Part shown: one piece after another, positions 47,449 to 60,100 of the stretch
Position numbering within the stretch: position 1 is the stretch's first letter
Layout of the letters: each line of letters begins with the position of its first letter
Source: Histomonas meleagridis 2922-C6/04-290x
Lineage: Eukaryota; Protista; Parabasalia
NCBI GenBank assembly: GCA_020184695.1
Contig: JAANOX010000205.1
Coordinates: 1 to 64,000 of the forward strand
Direction: 5' to 3'
Length of the DNA: 64,000 nt
Made by a program: the position numbers and the translations under genes
Notes under the pieces: model-generated
The model's input: only the letters and a program-made list of their open reading frames with translations
Database searches by the model: none
What the model was told of the DNA's origin: nothing

Positions 47449-49846
47449 TTAATCGATTTTAAATAAATTCCTATTTTTTTCGAATGAGTGAAGTAATTGT
47501 TCAATTTCTGTATGACCTTTGAAGGATGCATACATAGTTGCCGTACAAAATAAGTTGCATAATTTTCAGGTTTTATTATGAAACATAAAGATATTAAAAT
47601 AAAAATCATATTAACTAAAGAAATATCTGTGGCATTAATATCAATTTCTTTTTTTCTAGAAGTAGTTTTACGATATCAATGTAACCATTTACAGATGCAT
47701 TCATAAGTGCCGTAGAAAATATTTTGAACATATTCCAAATTTTATTAGAAAATTTCGTATTACTAAAATTAAAATTAAATAAAACAAATAAATATCTTTC
47801 GCATTTACATCAATTTCTTCTTATTCAAGAAGTAATTTAACTATTTCCGCATGACCACAATTAGATGCATACATAAGTGCTGTATAATATGTATTATATA
47901 ATTTCCAAATATTATTTAGAAATATCAAATTATTAGAATAAATTTTAATAAAAGCATTGAATTATCTTTAGCATTAATATCAAACCTTTTTTCTTTAAGG
48001 ATCAATTTAGCGATTTCGAAATATCCTTTTTCAGATGAAAATATAAGTATAGTTTTAAATAATTTTTATAATTTCCCTAAATTATTTTGTAATATAAAAC
48101 CACCAAAACAAATATTAAATGAAATAAATAAATATCAAAACCATTAGTATCAATTCCTTCTTGTTCAATAAGTAATTTAACTATTTCTAATTTACTATTA
48201 GAAATTGCTAAAATAAGTGCAGTATAAAGTGTTTTATATAATTCCCAAATAATAAATTCAAACAAAAAAAAACATTAAAACAATCATTAAATAAAATAAA
48301 AAAAATATTTTTAGTGTTGATATCAATTCCTTCTTGCTCAAGAAGTAATTTAACTATTTCTGTATATCCATTTTCAGATGCATACATAAGTGCTGTTTGA
48401 AATATTTTAAATAATTTCCAAATATTAATTTGAAATATAAAATTATTAAAATAAATATTAAATAATACAAATAAATATCTTTAGCATTAATATCAATTCC
48501 TTCTTGTTCAAGAAGTAATTTAACTATTTCTGTATATCCATTTTCAGATGCCAAAATAAGTGCTGTTTGAAATATTTTAAATAATTTCCAAATATTATTT
48601 TGAAATATAAAATTATTAAAATAGATATCAAATAAAACAAATAAATATTTTTAGCATTAATATCAATTCCTTCTTGATCTAAAACATATTTAACAATTTC
48701 AATATTTTTAGATTCTACTACAAATATTAATATATTTTTTGGAATTTGCATTTTCTTAAGAAGATATTTCACAAGATATAAATTTCCAATTTTTACTGTT
48801 ACGTTAATCAAAAATTTATCAATTTTCATACCTATATCTTGTAAATATGAAAAAATTTCATAATTATCATATAAAATACATATTTTTCCTAACTCTACCA
48901 AAGTACAAACATTTAAATTATAAAATGTTATATTTTGATAATTTTCATATAATTCTTCCAATTTATTTTCATAAATATATTTAAAGAGATCATTTTTATG
49001 GAATTTAATAGCTGCTTTATATGCACCTTCAAAAGATGAATTATTTTGTTCACATAAATGAATGATTTCTTCATTTCCACCTGCAATTGCATATTTACCC
49101 GTGTTTTCTAATTCTGAACCATTCATAAGTAAATATTTAAAACATTTTACAGATCCAAAAAATGCTGCATAATCAATTAATGTAACATTTTTTGAGTTAT
49201 AGATTAATGCAGCACTATTATTAACAAATGAACATCTTTCATAAAGTGATGGTTCAATGTATTGATTAAAATCAAAATTTGTTTGTGATGATATTTCTTG
49301 AAGTTTTTCGATATCATCATTTCGAATTATTTTTGCAATTTCATTTGGATTATGTCCTTCTTTAATATATTTCTTATGTAGTTCCCAATTATTTGCTGAA
49401 AATTTATCATAATCATAAGAGAAATAATATCTAACATCATATATGGTTCTTTTTAATTCATCTTCTGGAATATAATGAACAAAATATGGAAAATCTAAAT
49501 ATTGAACAATTTTTGAATCAAGTAAATCATTTTCAATCATGTGTTGAAGAATGAAATTTGATTCTTCTTTTCCATTCTTTCTAAGAAGATTTACAAATGC
49601 ATTAAATATTTAATTGTTTTCTTCTAAAGATTTGATTTCTTTCAGAAATTTTATATATATTTCACAATCAAAATCTATTTTTAAAACAAAAAATGTAAAC
49701 ATAATATGGCTGACAATTGTATTAAATGATAATGGATAATTATCATCAAATTTGTTTATTATTAAATTTGCTATTTGAGGAATATTTCCTTTATTCAAAC
49801 TGAAAATTATTTGCTTAATTGACAAAAGCATATCCAATTCCTGCAT
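47449..49846 (-). pseudogene. DUF3447-type ankyrin gene D, with seven interrupted junctions and two in-frame TAA stops
   Basis: Same architecture as A and C; TAA near 49612 and in an ankyrin segment near 47822; last segment ends FKID-TAA at 47449. Confidence 0.8.
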
Positions 49847-50014
49847 TTTAAGTCCTGGTGATCTGTTTTTAGGGTGGGCGAATAAAACGGTTATGTAAAA
49901 ACACTTTCAATTCAAATCATCAAGATTTTCATTCAATTTACCATAGGTTTGACAGGCTTTGTTCGGACAATTTTTGACTCAAAAAACTGTTTTTTGTCGA
50001 TTCACTTTTTTTTA

Positions 50015-50365
50015 ATGTCTGACCAATTTTATGACCCAAGAACTTTCAAAAAGACAGCCCCAGCTCCTGGTTCTGTTGCTGCAAAGAAGGCTGCTGGCCA
50101 AAAAATATCACGCCCAAATGCTAAGGCTAGAGCAATGAATGAAATCGATAATAACACAGAATGTTTCGAAGTTAAAACAGTCGGATTTGAGTTTGCTAAC
50201 AAAATGAAAACCCTCCGTACCCAAAAGGGATGGACACAAAAAGATCTGGCCTTACGTGCGAGTGTAAAAATTGATGTTGTTCGTGATTATGAAAACGGCA
50301 CAGCTATTCCAGATAATAGGATGATCAAAAGGTTTGAGCAAGTCCTTGGTGAAAAACTCCGTTGA
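50015..50365 (+). CDS. MBF1: Multiprotein bridging factor 1
   Basis: TCACTTTT initiator then MSDQFY; C-terminal HTH KGWTQKDLA...VVRDYENGTAIPD...FEQVLG. Confidence 0.88.
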   Translation: MSDQFYDPRTFKKTAPAPGSVAAKKAAGQKISRPNAKARAMNEIDNNTECFEVKTVGFEFANKMKTLRTQKGWTQKDLALRASVKIDVVRDYENGTAIPDNRMIKRFEQVLGEKLR

Positions 50366-50712
50366 ATTTTTTAAGATAATTTTTAATTTATCTTAATGCC
50401 GAATAAAACATCAATTAAGCAAAAATTTTTGTTTTTGTTTTTGAAGTTTTTTTATAAATTGGATGTTGCTTCATTTGCATAACGCAACAGATGCTTTGCA
50501 GAAACGATAAATACGATACGTACAGAATTTATCAGTTTGTGTAGTTTATGGAATAATGAATAAATTTCACATGTTAGGGGAAACTTAATGATTCCAAGTT
50601 TTTTAGGCACCATAGTTCAATATATTTCTTGTACTCACTTTTTCCTTATCAGGTGATAAAGGCTACTCAAAACATACGGTTATCATACGATTTTAAAAAT
50701 TTTATTTCTTGT

Positions 50713-51381
50713 TTACTTTGTTGCTAACTTGACGCCAAGATCAAATGCTTGTTTAAGAACTATTGGATCATGGTCTTTTACCCACTTATGGATTTTATCC
50801 ATATTGAACATTCCCATTTCATATGGCTTTGCATCTGGAACAAGAGCCTGACTAACGTTAGCGACAGTTGTGCAAGGACCAAAAACGTTTGATAGTAAAT
50901 CTGCGTTATGGCCAAGTGTTTTTGTGTACACATTTTTATATGTTTCCAAATCGGCACCAAGGGAAATAAGAAGCCCTGTTGGAATTCTCTTACTAAGTTT
51001 CAAATGGCGTTCACCAATTTCATATCTAGTATTACTATATATTAGTCTTTCAAGAAAAGCATAAAACGTGGACGAGAAGTTTCCCATATACACAGGTGTT
51101 CCGATGGCAAATCCATCGCATTCATGAATTTTTTCTAGATATGGTGATAAATTATCTTTTTGGTAGCACTTAGCTGGTGCTCCAATTTTCTTGCACTGCA
51201 AGCAAGAACCGCATCCTTTAAATCCCAAATTAAAAAGATCAACCATTTCAACATTTGCGCCTTTTGATTCAGCACCTTTTTTCACAGCTTCAAGCAATTT
51301 CATTGTGTTTCTATTTCGTGCAGATGTGTTGAACAACATTACTTTTGATGCAAACCTGGGAGAGCATGCTGAAGAAAGCAT
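50713..51381 (-). CDS. Iron-sulfur flavoprotein / NADPH-dependent FMN reductase family, with a hydrogenosome-type presequence
   Basis: C-x2-C-x2-C-x8-C motif, GTPVYMG and FLERL; N-terminal MLSSACSPRF. Confidence 0.88.
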   Translation of the reverse strand: MLSSACSPRFASKVMLFNTSARNRNTMKLLEAVKKGAESKGANVEMVDLFNLGFKGCGSCLQCKKIGAPAKCYQKDNLSPYLEKIHECDGFAIGTPVYMGNFSSTFYAFLERLIYSNTRYEIGERHLKLSKRIPTGLLISLGADLETYKNVYTKTLGHNADLLSNVFGPCTTVANVSQALVPDAKPYEMGMFNMDKIHKWVKDHDPIVLKQAFDLGVKLATK

Positions 51382-52082
51382 TTTTGATGAATGATCACAA
51401 GTTCACATGATCGCAAATTTTCAATGTCGTGGTAATCTATTGAAAAAATACTATGTAAACCACACAAAAACCAAAGGTGAAGTTAGTGCGATAATTATAA
51501 TTGGAAGTTTTCCCAAAAAAATATGTTATGTATTATAAACCAAATTAATTAAACAGTTTGATAAATATTGATTCTAAGTCAGCTGCGAATACGATGTATT
51601 TTGTTTTCTCGTTGTTCTCTCAAATCATGTTTCACATTTCATACTTTTGTTTCAAAAGTAGTAAAATATTTACAGTTACTTAACGACTTTTCTTAACTAA
51701 AATCCTATGCGAAGGGATTTTTATAATATTTTGATATAAGAAATTCTAATTAAAAATGATGTCATAATAATGATAGAAATAGGTTTATATTTAAAAATTT
51801 AATTACCAATTCGTATAACAATAATTTGATTTTTAGCATGCCACATCTTTGTAATGAAATAATTTTTAAATACATAATTTTCATTAAATGCAAATGTTAT
51901 CACACAGTACTATGTGATCAAAACAAAAACTATTAAAATCTGTTAAAAAATTAATATTGCAAAAGAATTTTTTCACACCATAACTTCTTTTATCAATATC
52001 GAAATCGATTATTTTATCATCATGTCAAAAGATCCATAAACTACAGAAAATCACTTTCAATTCAATATTTTCTGAGCTTTAA

Positions 52083-52465
52083 ATGATCAAAAAAATTAAT
52101 CGTGGAGGATCCAAAAATTGTTCTAATTGGCAATACCAAAGTCGGTAAAACCGCTATCACATATCGCTTTACTGAAGGGAAATTTGGTCAGTTTCAGTCT
52201 ACTATTGTTACTGATATTTTTACTAAAAAAATGATTATTGATGATCAAACTATCAACATAACGTTATGGGATACTGCAGGAACAGATGAATATAGATCCC
52301 TCATTAGGTATGAGTTATTATGAGACGAGTGCGCTCAACGGGGATGGTATTGATGCTCTTTTTGAAAATGTTGTTTCGCATTATTTGGAAAGATTCAATA
52401 ATCCAGCTCCACAAAATCAAATTATACCAAACAAAAAAAGCAGTTCTGGTTGCTGTAAAAATTGA
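52083..52465 (+). pseudogene. Rab GTPase pseudogene with an internal deletion
   Basis: GNTKVGKT and WDTAG are followed almost directly by YYETSA...GCCKN in another frame; the NKxD region is absent. Confidence 0.8.
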
Positions 52466-53452
52466 TAGATTCGGAGTCGATTAATGCTATTTGAATTTTT
52501 TGCAGATTCGAAATCGGAATAAAGATTTTTTCTAATTCAATTTTTTTATAAAAATATTTGATCCTAATGAATGTTTCTTGCTTTGGTTAGCAATTCTGAA
52601 ATATTGTAAGCACAAGATGGATTTAAATTTAAAAAAAAAATTATAAAAACTTTATTATTTTTCTACAATACATTAGAAGGCATTTTATCATCAAACAATT
52701 TAAGATCATAGCCTCATAAGTACAACGGAATATTTCCTGTGCTATTGTTTTCTAGCCTTGTTCTTAAGATTCGATGCATGAATAAACAAACAATAAATAA
52801 AATGTGTTCAATTAAAATAATTTTAGTATTTTATTTTCCTCTTGTTATAAATGAAATTAAACATAATTTATTCATTTATAAATTTTTCGATTATCAGATA
52901 AATTTGTTTTTATTATTATGGTGACCGTTTATGGTGAGGTTGGATGTGTTAAAGTCATTCACCATATCATGAGGAACAAATTTGCTCCTGGAATTAATTC
53001 ACCATAAATTCCATAAAAATTTTGAATAAAGAGATGAAACATACACAATAAAAAAAGGGCTGCACTCAGATAAGTCAGAAAATTGAGGTAAAAGCACATT
53101 TTATGTTAACATAGGCATTGAAAATCCAATTGTCAAAAAGCAAACAAAATTTCTATAGTTATTTTGTGAAGTTGATGTAAATTAACCGTCGAAACAAATA
53201 ATTAGAAAAAATTGAAATACTATCATCAATAACAAAGATAAAAGAATTACATCATATATTTACAGATTATTTCCTCTGTTTAATTCATATCTCGAAATAT
53301 AAAATCAGAAGTTTAGAAAGTATGAAAGTAATCTTATTTGATGTTGTTAAAGAACCATCATACAATTTTGAAAAGTTATATACGGTTATGAATGATTTAT
53401 TCAATTTTGAATAAATCTTTTGAAGATTGACTTCACTAAATTTTTTGTTCCA

Positions 53453-54079
53453 ATGGGAAGACATAAAAGGAACTATTCCCCCCGTCATTGGTTTATGTAT
53501 AATTTCCCTGATGGGAGGTCATGTTATTTTTTCTTTAGTGATGGTTATTCCAAAAATGTTAGAAAATGTCGACTTATGATACAGTCGAACAATATTCAAC
53601 GAAATCCTTTAGAGCCTGATCCACTTCCTCAGATTGAGTTTGAACCTAGAGATTTTAATGATTGCAATTTGAATTCAATTCCACCCAAAATTGATGGAAT
53701 GCCTAAGTATGATATATCAACACCATTTCATCTATCAACAAATGATAGCAAAAAGCAGACAGAAAACTTAAATCTACCACAAAATGAAGCTGATGAAGAA
53801 AGGAGTTCAGCAACAACTGGCTTTTCTTTTTCAAATAATGTCACATTAAACTCACCACCTAACAATGATGTGATTTTTGAAGGTATTGAAGGAGAAAGTT
53901 TTGGCATTTCTCAGATAGAGCAATTTCTTAATATCAACCATGAAAATTATGGTTTAAATGTACAAAAGAATAACACGGTTGTTGAAGAATATCAACAGGA
54001 CCAGGAGCACCAACAAGATCAGCAACAGGACCAACAAGATCAATCAGATTTTCAAGAATTTGATGAAGAATCCTGGTGA
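53453..54079 (+). CDS. Hypothetical protein with an acidic Gln-rich tail
   Basis: ATG after a TCACT initiator; aromatic/basic N-terminus and QDQQ repeats. Confidence 0.6.
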   Translation: MGRHKRNYSPRHWFMYNFPDGRSCYFFFSDGYSKNVRKCRLMIQSNNIQRNPLEPDPLPQIEFEPRDFNDCNLNSIPPKIDGMPKYDISTPFHLSTNDSKKQTENLNLPQNEADEERSSATTGFSFSNNVTLNSPPNNDVIFEGIEGESFGISQIEQFLNINHENYGLNVQKNNTVVEEYQQDQEHQQDQQQDQQDQSDFQEFDEESW

Positions 54080-54382
54080 TTTCCAATAATCAAATAAAAA
54101 AAATAATTGCCAAAAATATTGATTTTAATGTTGCAAAACGTATAATTATAAAGTACTTATAACTTTTGATTATTTTTAAATATCGGTTAACTGATTTGAA
54201 TAGTTTATATTTAACGTTCTTAGGTTCAAAACAAATTATTTTTTACTTTTTAAATTATTCCAAAAGAGAAAATTAACAATGAAGCAGCTTAATGTGAAAA
54301 GAATAATTTTTTCAAATGAATCTCATAAATAATTTAATATTATTCAATTGATGGACTTCGAGAGCTGTTCCAGCAAACATGT

Positions 54383-54543
54383 TACAGTGCCGGCCACAAA
54401 AATTTGACTATTGGAAGCTAAAAATTGACCACTTTTTAACGTTTTTTAAACGTTTTCTGCCAGGACATTAATTTTTATCCACCGGTCATTAAAAATTATC
54501 CACTTTTAACTGTCGGAGACCAAAAAAATGTCATATTACTGTA
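54383..54543. mobile_element. Tc1-like MITE or terminal relic
   Basis: Bounded by TA-CAGT...ACTG-TA; begins CAGTGCCGGCCACAAAAATT; internal direct repeats AAAATT(GA/AT)CCACTTTT. Confidence 0.45.
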
Positions 54544-54949
54544 AAAAGAAGTTGATAAAATTTCAAAAAACAAGTGTTTATAAAAAAAAATTAATTCAAA
54601 TTAAACCAGAATATTAATGATTTTTTTAAGGAAAAATTCAAAATTTTTATCCAATCTATATAGTAGGAATTTAATCAAATTCTATGAAACATAATTAAAT
54701 TATTGATCAGATTTAATGTTTATCCTTTTCTAATTCAATTTTTAATCATTTTATATTTAAAATGTGGTTATTATAGTAAACATTAACACCAAAGGAATTT
54801 TAGAAAACATTTATATTATGATAAAATAAAATTGTAAATTTTCATATTACTAAAATTAATTTTAAATCAAAATATTTTTGGATAGATAATTTTATTCATT
54901 AAATTTATTTAATTTTTGCTAAGACAAAATATAGCATTGTCAAAGAAAA

Positions 54950-56014
54950 GAAAATTACGATTCCAATCAAAATAAGAAATGAATTTGATATCTTTTTTTG
55001 TTTGAACTCATCATAATCTTTATAAATATTCATATCATAATAATTATTTTCTTCTTTGTTATGAAGTGGATTCCAAACTTATTTGCAAAAATGGATTAAC
55101 TTTAGCAATTTCATCATAGTTCCATGGAATTGGATCACATTCAGGGCACCAATGACCACCTTTTTAATATTATATTTGGTGTCATATCAAGTTTTTCATC
55201 TTTATTTTTAATCCATGAAAGTGTTCCAAATCGTTTATCATTTGCAATAAATCGCATAAATTCTTTTCCAATAAAGTTTCCAAAAAGAAATGATAATCTA
55301 AATAATAATGGCGATTTTCTTTTGATATCATTAAAAAATTCTTTAATTGGAATATTATGTCTAAAATGTAAAATGTTTTCTAATTCATCACTATCTAAAT
55401 ACCATTGACCATGAAAATTACGTGTGAAAAACAATAGGTCCAATATTATATAGAAGACCGGGATGTAAAATACCTGATTGACGTAATGAAACCCAATGTT
55501 TTAAACCTGATTCTGCAAAAATTTGTTCTGCTTGAACTTTAGATACACCATAATGATCATAAATAGAGATATTAATCGGATCACCACATCTTCCCCAATG
55601 AATTGGATCATTACGATCTCCTGTTTGTGCAACTGTTCCGATATAAACAACTTTAATATCATCAGGATTAGGCTGTTCTTTAACTGCTTTAATTATATTT
55701 TCTGCTGCTGTTACATTCGTTGAAAATGTTTCTTTGGGAAGAAAATCAGCACGTGGTGAAACTAATCCTCCAATATGTAAAATATAATTACAACCATCAA
55801 TGGCTTTTTTAACATCATTGTAATTTTTTAAATCTCCCCAAATAATTGTTACTCTTGGATCATTTGCATATGATGAAAATAAATTATGATTTCTAAATTT
55901 GTCACGAAGCAATAAAACTATATCAAAATCCTTTCTCTTGTTATATATTTCGACGAAGGAAGCATGACCCATTACACCAGAAGCTCCAGATATAAATACC
56001 TTTTTACTTGGCAT
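54950..56014 (-). pseudogene. NAD-dependent epimerase/dehydratase (extended SDR), bacterial-like, frameshifted and decayed at the 3' end
   Basis: SGASGVMG, WGDL, HIGGLVSP and YGVSK (YxxxK); frame switch at about 55425 to NFHGQWYLDSD; stops below 55141. Confidence 0.8.
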
Positions 56015-57177
56015 GACTTTGTATAAAATGAAGGAAAAATTAACTGAATATCAAAATTGGTTATTTGAAAGGGGTTAAGGTTTCAGACGTTCTGAAAAAC
56101 AAGAATTTTATTTCAAATTTCAATCGAAAAACAACCGGTGCACCCTGCGCTGACGATATGCTCTGAAATCCTTCAGATATATGAAGACCGATTGACTGAA
56201 AATTGTATATCACCGGTGAGACACTGTAAACAGTGTTTTTTTTTTCTACATCAATTTCTTTTTCAAAAATTAAATCTAAATAAATATGAAAGGATATGAA
56301 AGAAACATTTATATTATATATTTTCAAATAAAATTATTAGGAAATTTAACAAATATACACTTATAATGCAAATACAAAAAATAGTTCAATTAATTATATT
56401 ATTATATTAAGAAGATTGATAGACCAATATACTAACAATAAGATATGAAATATTAATAACTATTATAAACAATATTCATACAAATAAAATTAATATTCAA
56501 AATTTTCAATTTTTACTAAAGATTTTAACTATGCAATTTAATTTCCTTTATGCATTTGGAGCAAATCCATTATCTTTCATTCTTTATTATGTAATCTCAT
56601 TTTCCCTTTCAAAAAAGATATAAAAATTTTCAAACGTTTTTCGTATATTTGAGGTATCATGAAGCTAATAAAATATTTTTAATACACCAATTATTTTTGT
56701 CGCTTTAAATTTTAAAAAGAACATTTCAATTAGAGCAAAGAATGAATGGTAAAACAATACTTTTCATTTATATTCATGTGGTGGTATATTTCGTTGAAAA
56801 AATTGTTATAATTAATTATTAAAGACTATACCTTCGGGAAATTGAAGTGTATATCCAAGTGACATGAAAGAATTATGAGTCGATAAAAATTTTACAAGTT
56901 ATTAGAAATAAGTAAAATTGATTACCAGTTATTTTTTATTTGAAGAAAAAAATACGATAGAAATAAAATGCCTAGTTTGTTTATCGCAAGTCAAGCTTAG
57001 TAATGATTGCATTTTTGCCATTAAATAAAGGCTTATTTTCCTTTCATTTCACCAAAATTTTGAGTGAAACAATCAATAGTTTATTCGTCAAGGTTTTCAA
57101 TATAATAAATTTCGGTTATTTTGAAAGGAAACATGGCCAGACAATGTCAATTCTGAGCAAAATTTCGATCCACTTTT

Positions 57178-60100
57178 TTGATGAAATCCAAAGCAGCAAA
57201 AATTTTCAGACCAAAAAATGTCCCTCTAGCTGCATTTGATATGTTTTCATATCAAACAAATGTTTTACCACCTGCTTCAGCTCTAGCTTTAAATATTCCA
57301 GATCAATCAATTCGGTCAATGATTGTAAATTTAAGCATTAATAATAATTTATCGACACGAAAAAATGCATTTCTTGGAATGATAAAAGCCGTACAAAAAA
57401 CATCAGATCAGCACATTTTTTATTTAATGATAAAACCAATTTGCTCGATTTTCGATCAAGAAGTCACTGATTTTTATCAAGAAACCCGACTTCTTTCTCT
57501 AAAATTAGTTAATGAAGTATTTACTCGAATCAAAAAAATCGAAAATTCAAATGACACATTAGTTTCAATGTCGACATTAGTTTTCCCACCACTTTTAATT
57601 CTTTCATGTGACACTGATACTGAAGTTTCTAAATTTGCCAAAGACATTTTTGTTGGATTTTTCCCCACAACAGAAAAGCGAAATTCGGTTATCTCAAAAA
57701 TGCGCCGAGAAATTTCGCTTCGACTTAAATCCATATTCAACGAATTAAAGAAGCCTGAATGGTCACTCTCTGAGAAAGACAAAAATGATAATTGGGGACG
57801 TGTTTGTACTGCCGCATTAGTTTTAGCCACGAATGTACTTGCTGCCTGTCATTTCTCGAAAGATGTCTATACATCTTTTGGTGAAATCCCATTGATTCAA
57901 TGGATGAAACTAAAGGATGGACACTTCGAACCAAGGGTAACACCAATAATGCGAAACGCCGCTTATGCACTTATCGGCTTTGGTGTTCAATGCGATTTGA
58001 TCCAACTAAACGGCTCCCGCGAAATTGTGCAGTTTATTTCGGCCGATACGTCTCCCATTTCACAAACGAAACTTATAAGTTTAACAAAGATTTTAATACA
58101 AAAGAAGCTTATAGAAGTCAAAGATATTCAAAATGCGTTATTAAAATCATATGAATTATATTATGATCCCGAAACAATCAATTTAAATTCATTACTTATC
58201 TTAATTAAAGATAATGAATTTATCGAAAAATCATTAACGAAAGTTGCGTTATTTAAAGATTTAAATACTGCCTCCAAATTATTTGATTGTATTTTTAAAT
58301 CAGAGCCAAATATATCGACAAATTTCTTAATCGAATTATTAAAGAATTCTATTTCATTAACGCCGCCATCACATTTCTATTCGCAATGTAATCTTGAATA
58401 TTATATAACATTAAAAGATAATGAAAACATTGATGAAATATTAAAAGAAGGAAATGAATTACGTGTAATTGAATACTTAAATTTAATTGATGATAAACAT
58501 ACAATCGTTTGGTTAAAGTCACTTCAAAGTATAATGCCTGAAACACTTATTAAACTTATAAATAAACAAGGATGTATACCAATACGTCAAACGTGGAAAA
58601 CATTATCGAATATACCATTAAAAGTCACAATGATTCCGAAACTTGTTGAATTTTTATTATTATTTATACATTCTGATGAAGTTATATATGTCATCGAAAC
58701 ATATCCTGAATGTATTCCATTACTTTTAACCAAATGGAATTCCGATTATAAATGTTTCCAATGTCCCGAGTTATTAAATATTACTGAAGAATTACTTAAT
58801 GATAATATGCAATTGATACCAATTTTCATTAAAATATTTCCGAATAATAACAACGAATTATTACAAATGATTGATGAATTAATTATTAAACATTTAAATG
58901 AAGATGGACAATTCGATCCTTCTTTATTCGAATATATTAAACCTTCCGAGAAATTATTAGATACAATTATATTCTCCGACGCAATTTCAATATTATATCC
59001 TGAAGATAAATATATAATTCCGTATATAACGAAAAGAATTGAAGAACTTATAAATAGTTCTGACCCAAAATCACTTGCAACTTCAGCAGCAAAATTTGTT
59101 GAAGTTACGGAATTAGATCCAATGGAAATTAAGACATCTTTTAATGATTCGCCATTGTTTTGTTATGAATATTGGAAAATTATTGGTTTCGATAATATGG
59201 AACCGATAAATTTATGTAAAATGTTAAATTGTTATCTCGAAAAGAAATGCAAATTTTTGTTGGTTTATTTATATTTACATGATATTAATTGGAATTTTGT
59301 TTCAAAAGATTTATGGAATTATTTGACAAAACATAAAGAATTAATTGATGTGGCACATAAGGAAAAATTATTGTTAATATTATCTTGTTTATTAGCTGCA
59401 AATAATATCAATTTTAATTACTTCAAAGATAAAATCGATGGTGAAGTGATGTTCGCATTGTCTGACAAAGAACCGCCGGACGGCATTGAAAAAGACGACC
59501 TTTCAAAAGTGATCCAATTTGAATGGAACCATAAAGTTCCGGTCAAGCCGTCATTCAGTATTGAAAATAACCAGTCAATTGTTTTACGACAGTCAATTGT
59601 TTATTTACAACATTATTTACCAACAATTAATGATATTACTGAGTTTATTGATGTAGTTAAAAACAACATTGAAACAAGTAATGTCTTGTATTTCTTTTAT
59701 TGTATTCGAATACTTTCATTGATTTCAGAATTAAATATTCCATTTCAATCAAATGAAATCTTACTAAAAATAGTACAACAAATAAATAATATCCAAGAAA
59801 TTCCACCAATTATTGAGAAAGAATTAATTGGTGCATTTAACATTGGTAAGTATATGACTATTGATCAATTTATGGAATTCTCAATTTCAATTGTTAATTA
59901 TTTCACAACTGAAATCTCACCTGTTTTAAGTCGTTTATACATCTCATTAATCTCATTCTTCAATGCTTGGTCCATCGTTGACTCATGTTTCGACCACAAG
60001 CTGAACTTAAGCAACGTCAAGTCGTGGTACTTCATCACGAGCGCGCTTTTGGCGATGCCTTATCAAAAACGCTTAAAAGCCATTGACGATTTTTCGATCG

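Noticed and set aside
52925-53010. TATGGTGA/TCACCATA hairpin as a possible ncRNA
   Set aside because: An 8-bp stem only, with no tRNA, snRNA or snoRNA features; no tRNA or rRNA genes were recognised anywhere in the window.
56068-56250. piggyBac-like end (GGGGTTAA) and GC-richer island
   Set aside because: No matching second end or transposase found.
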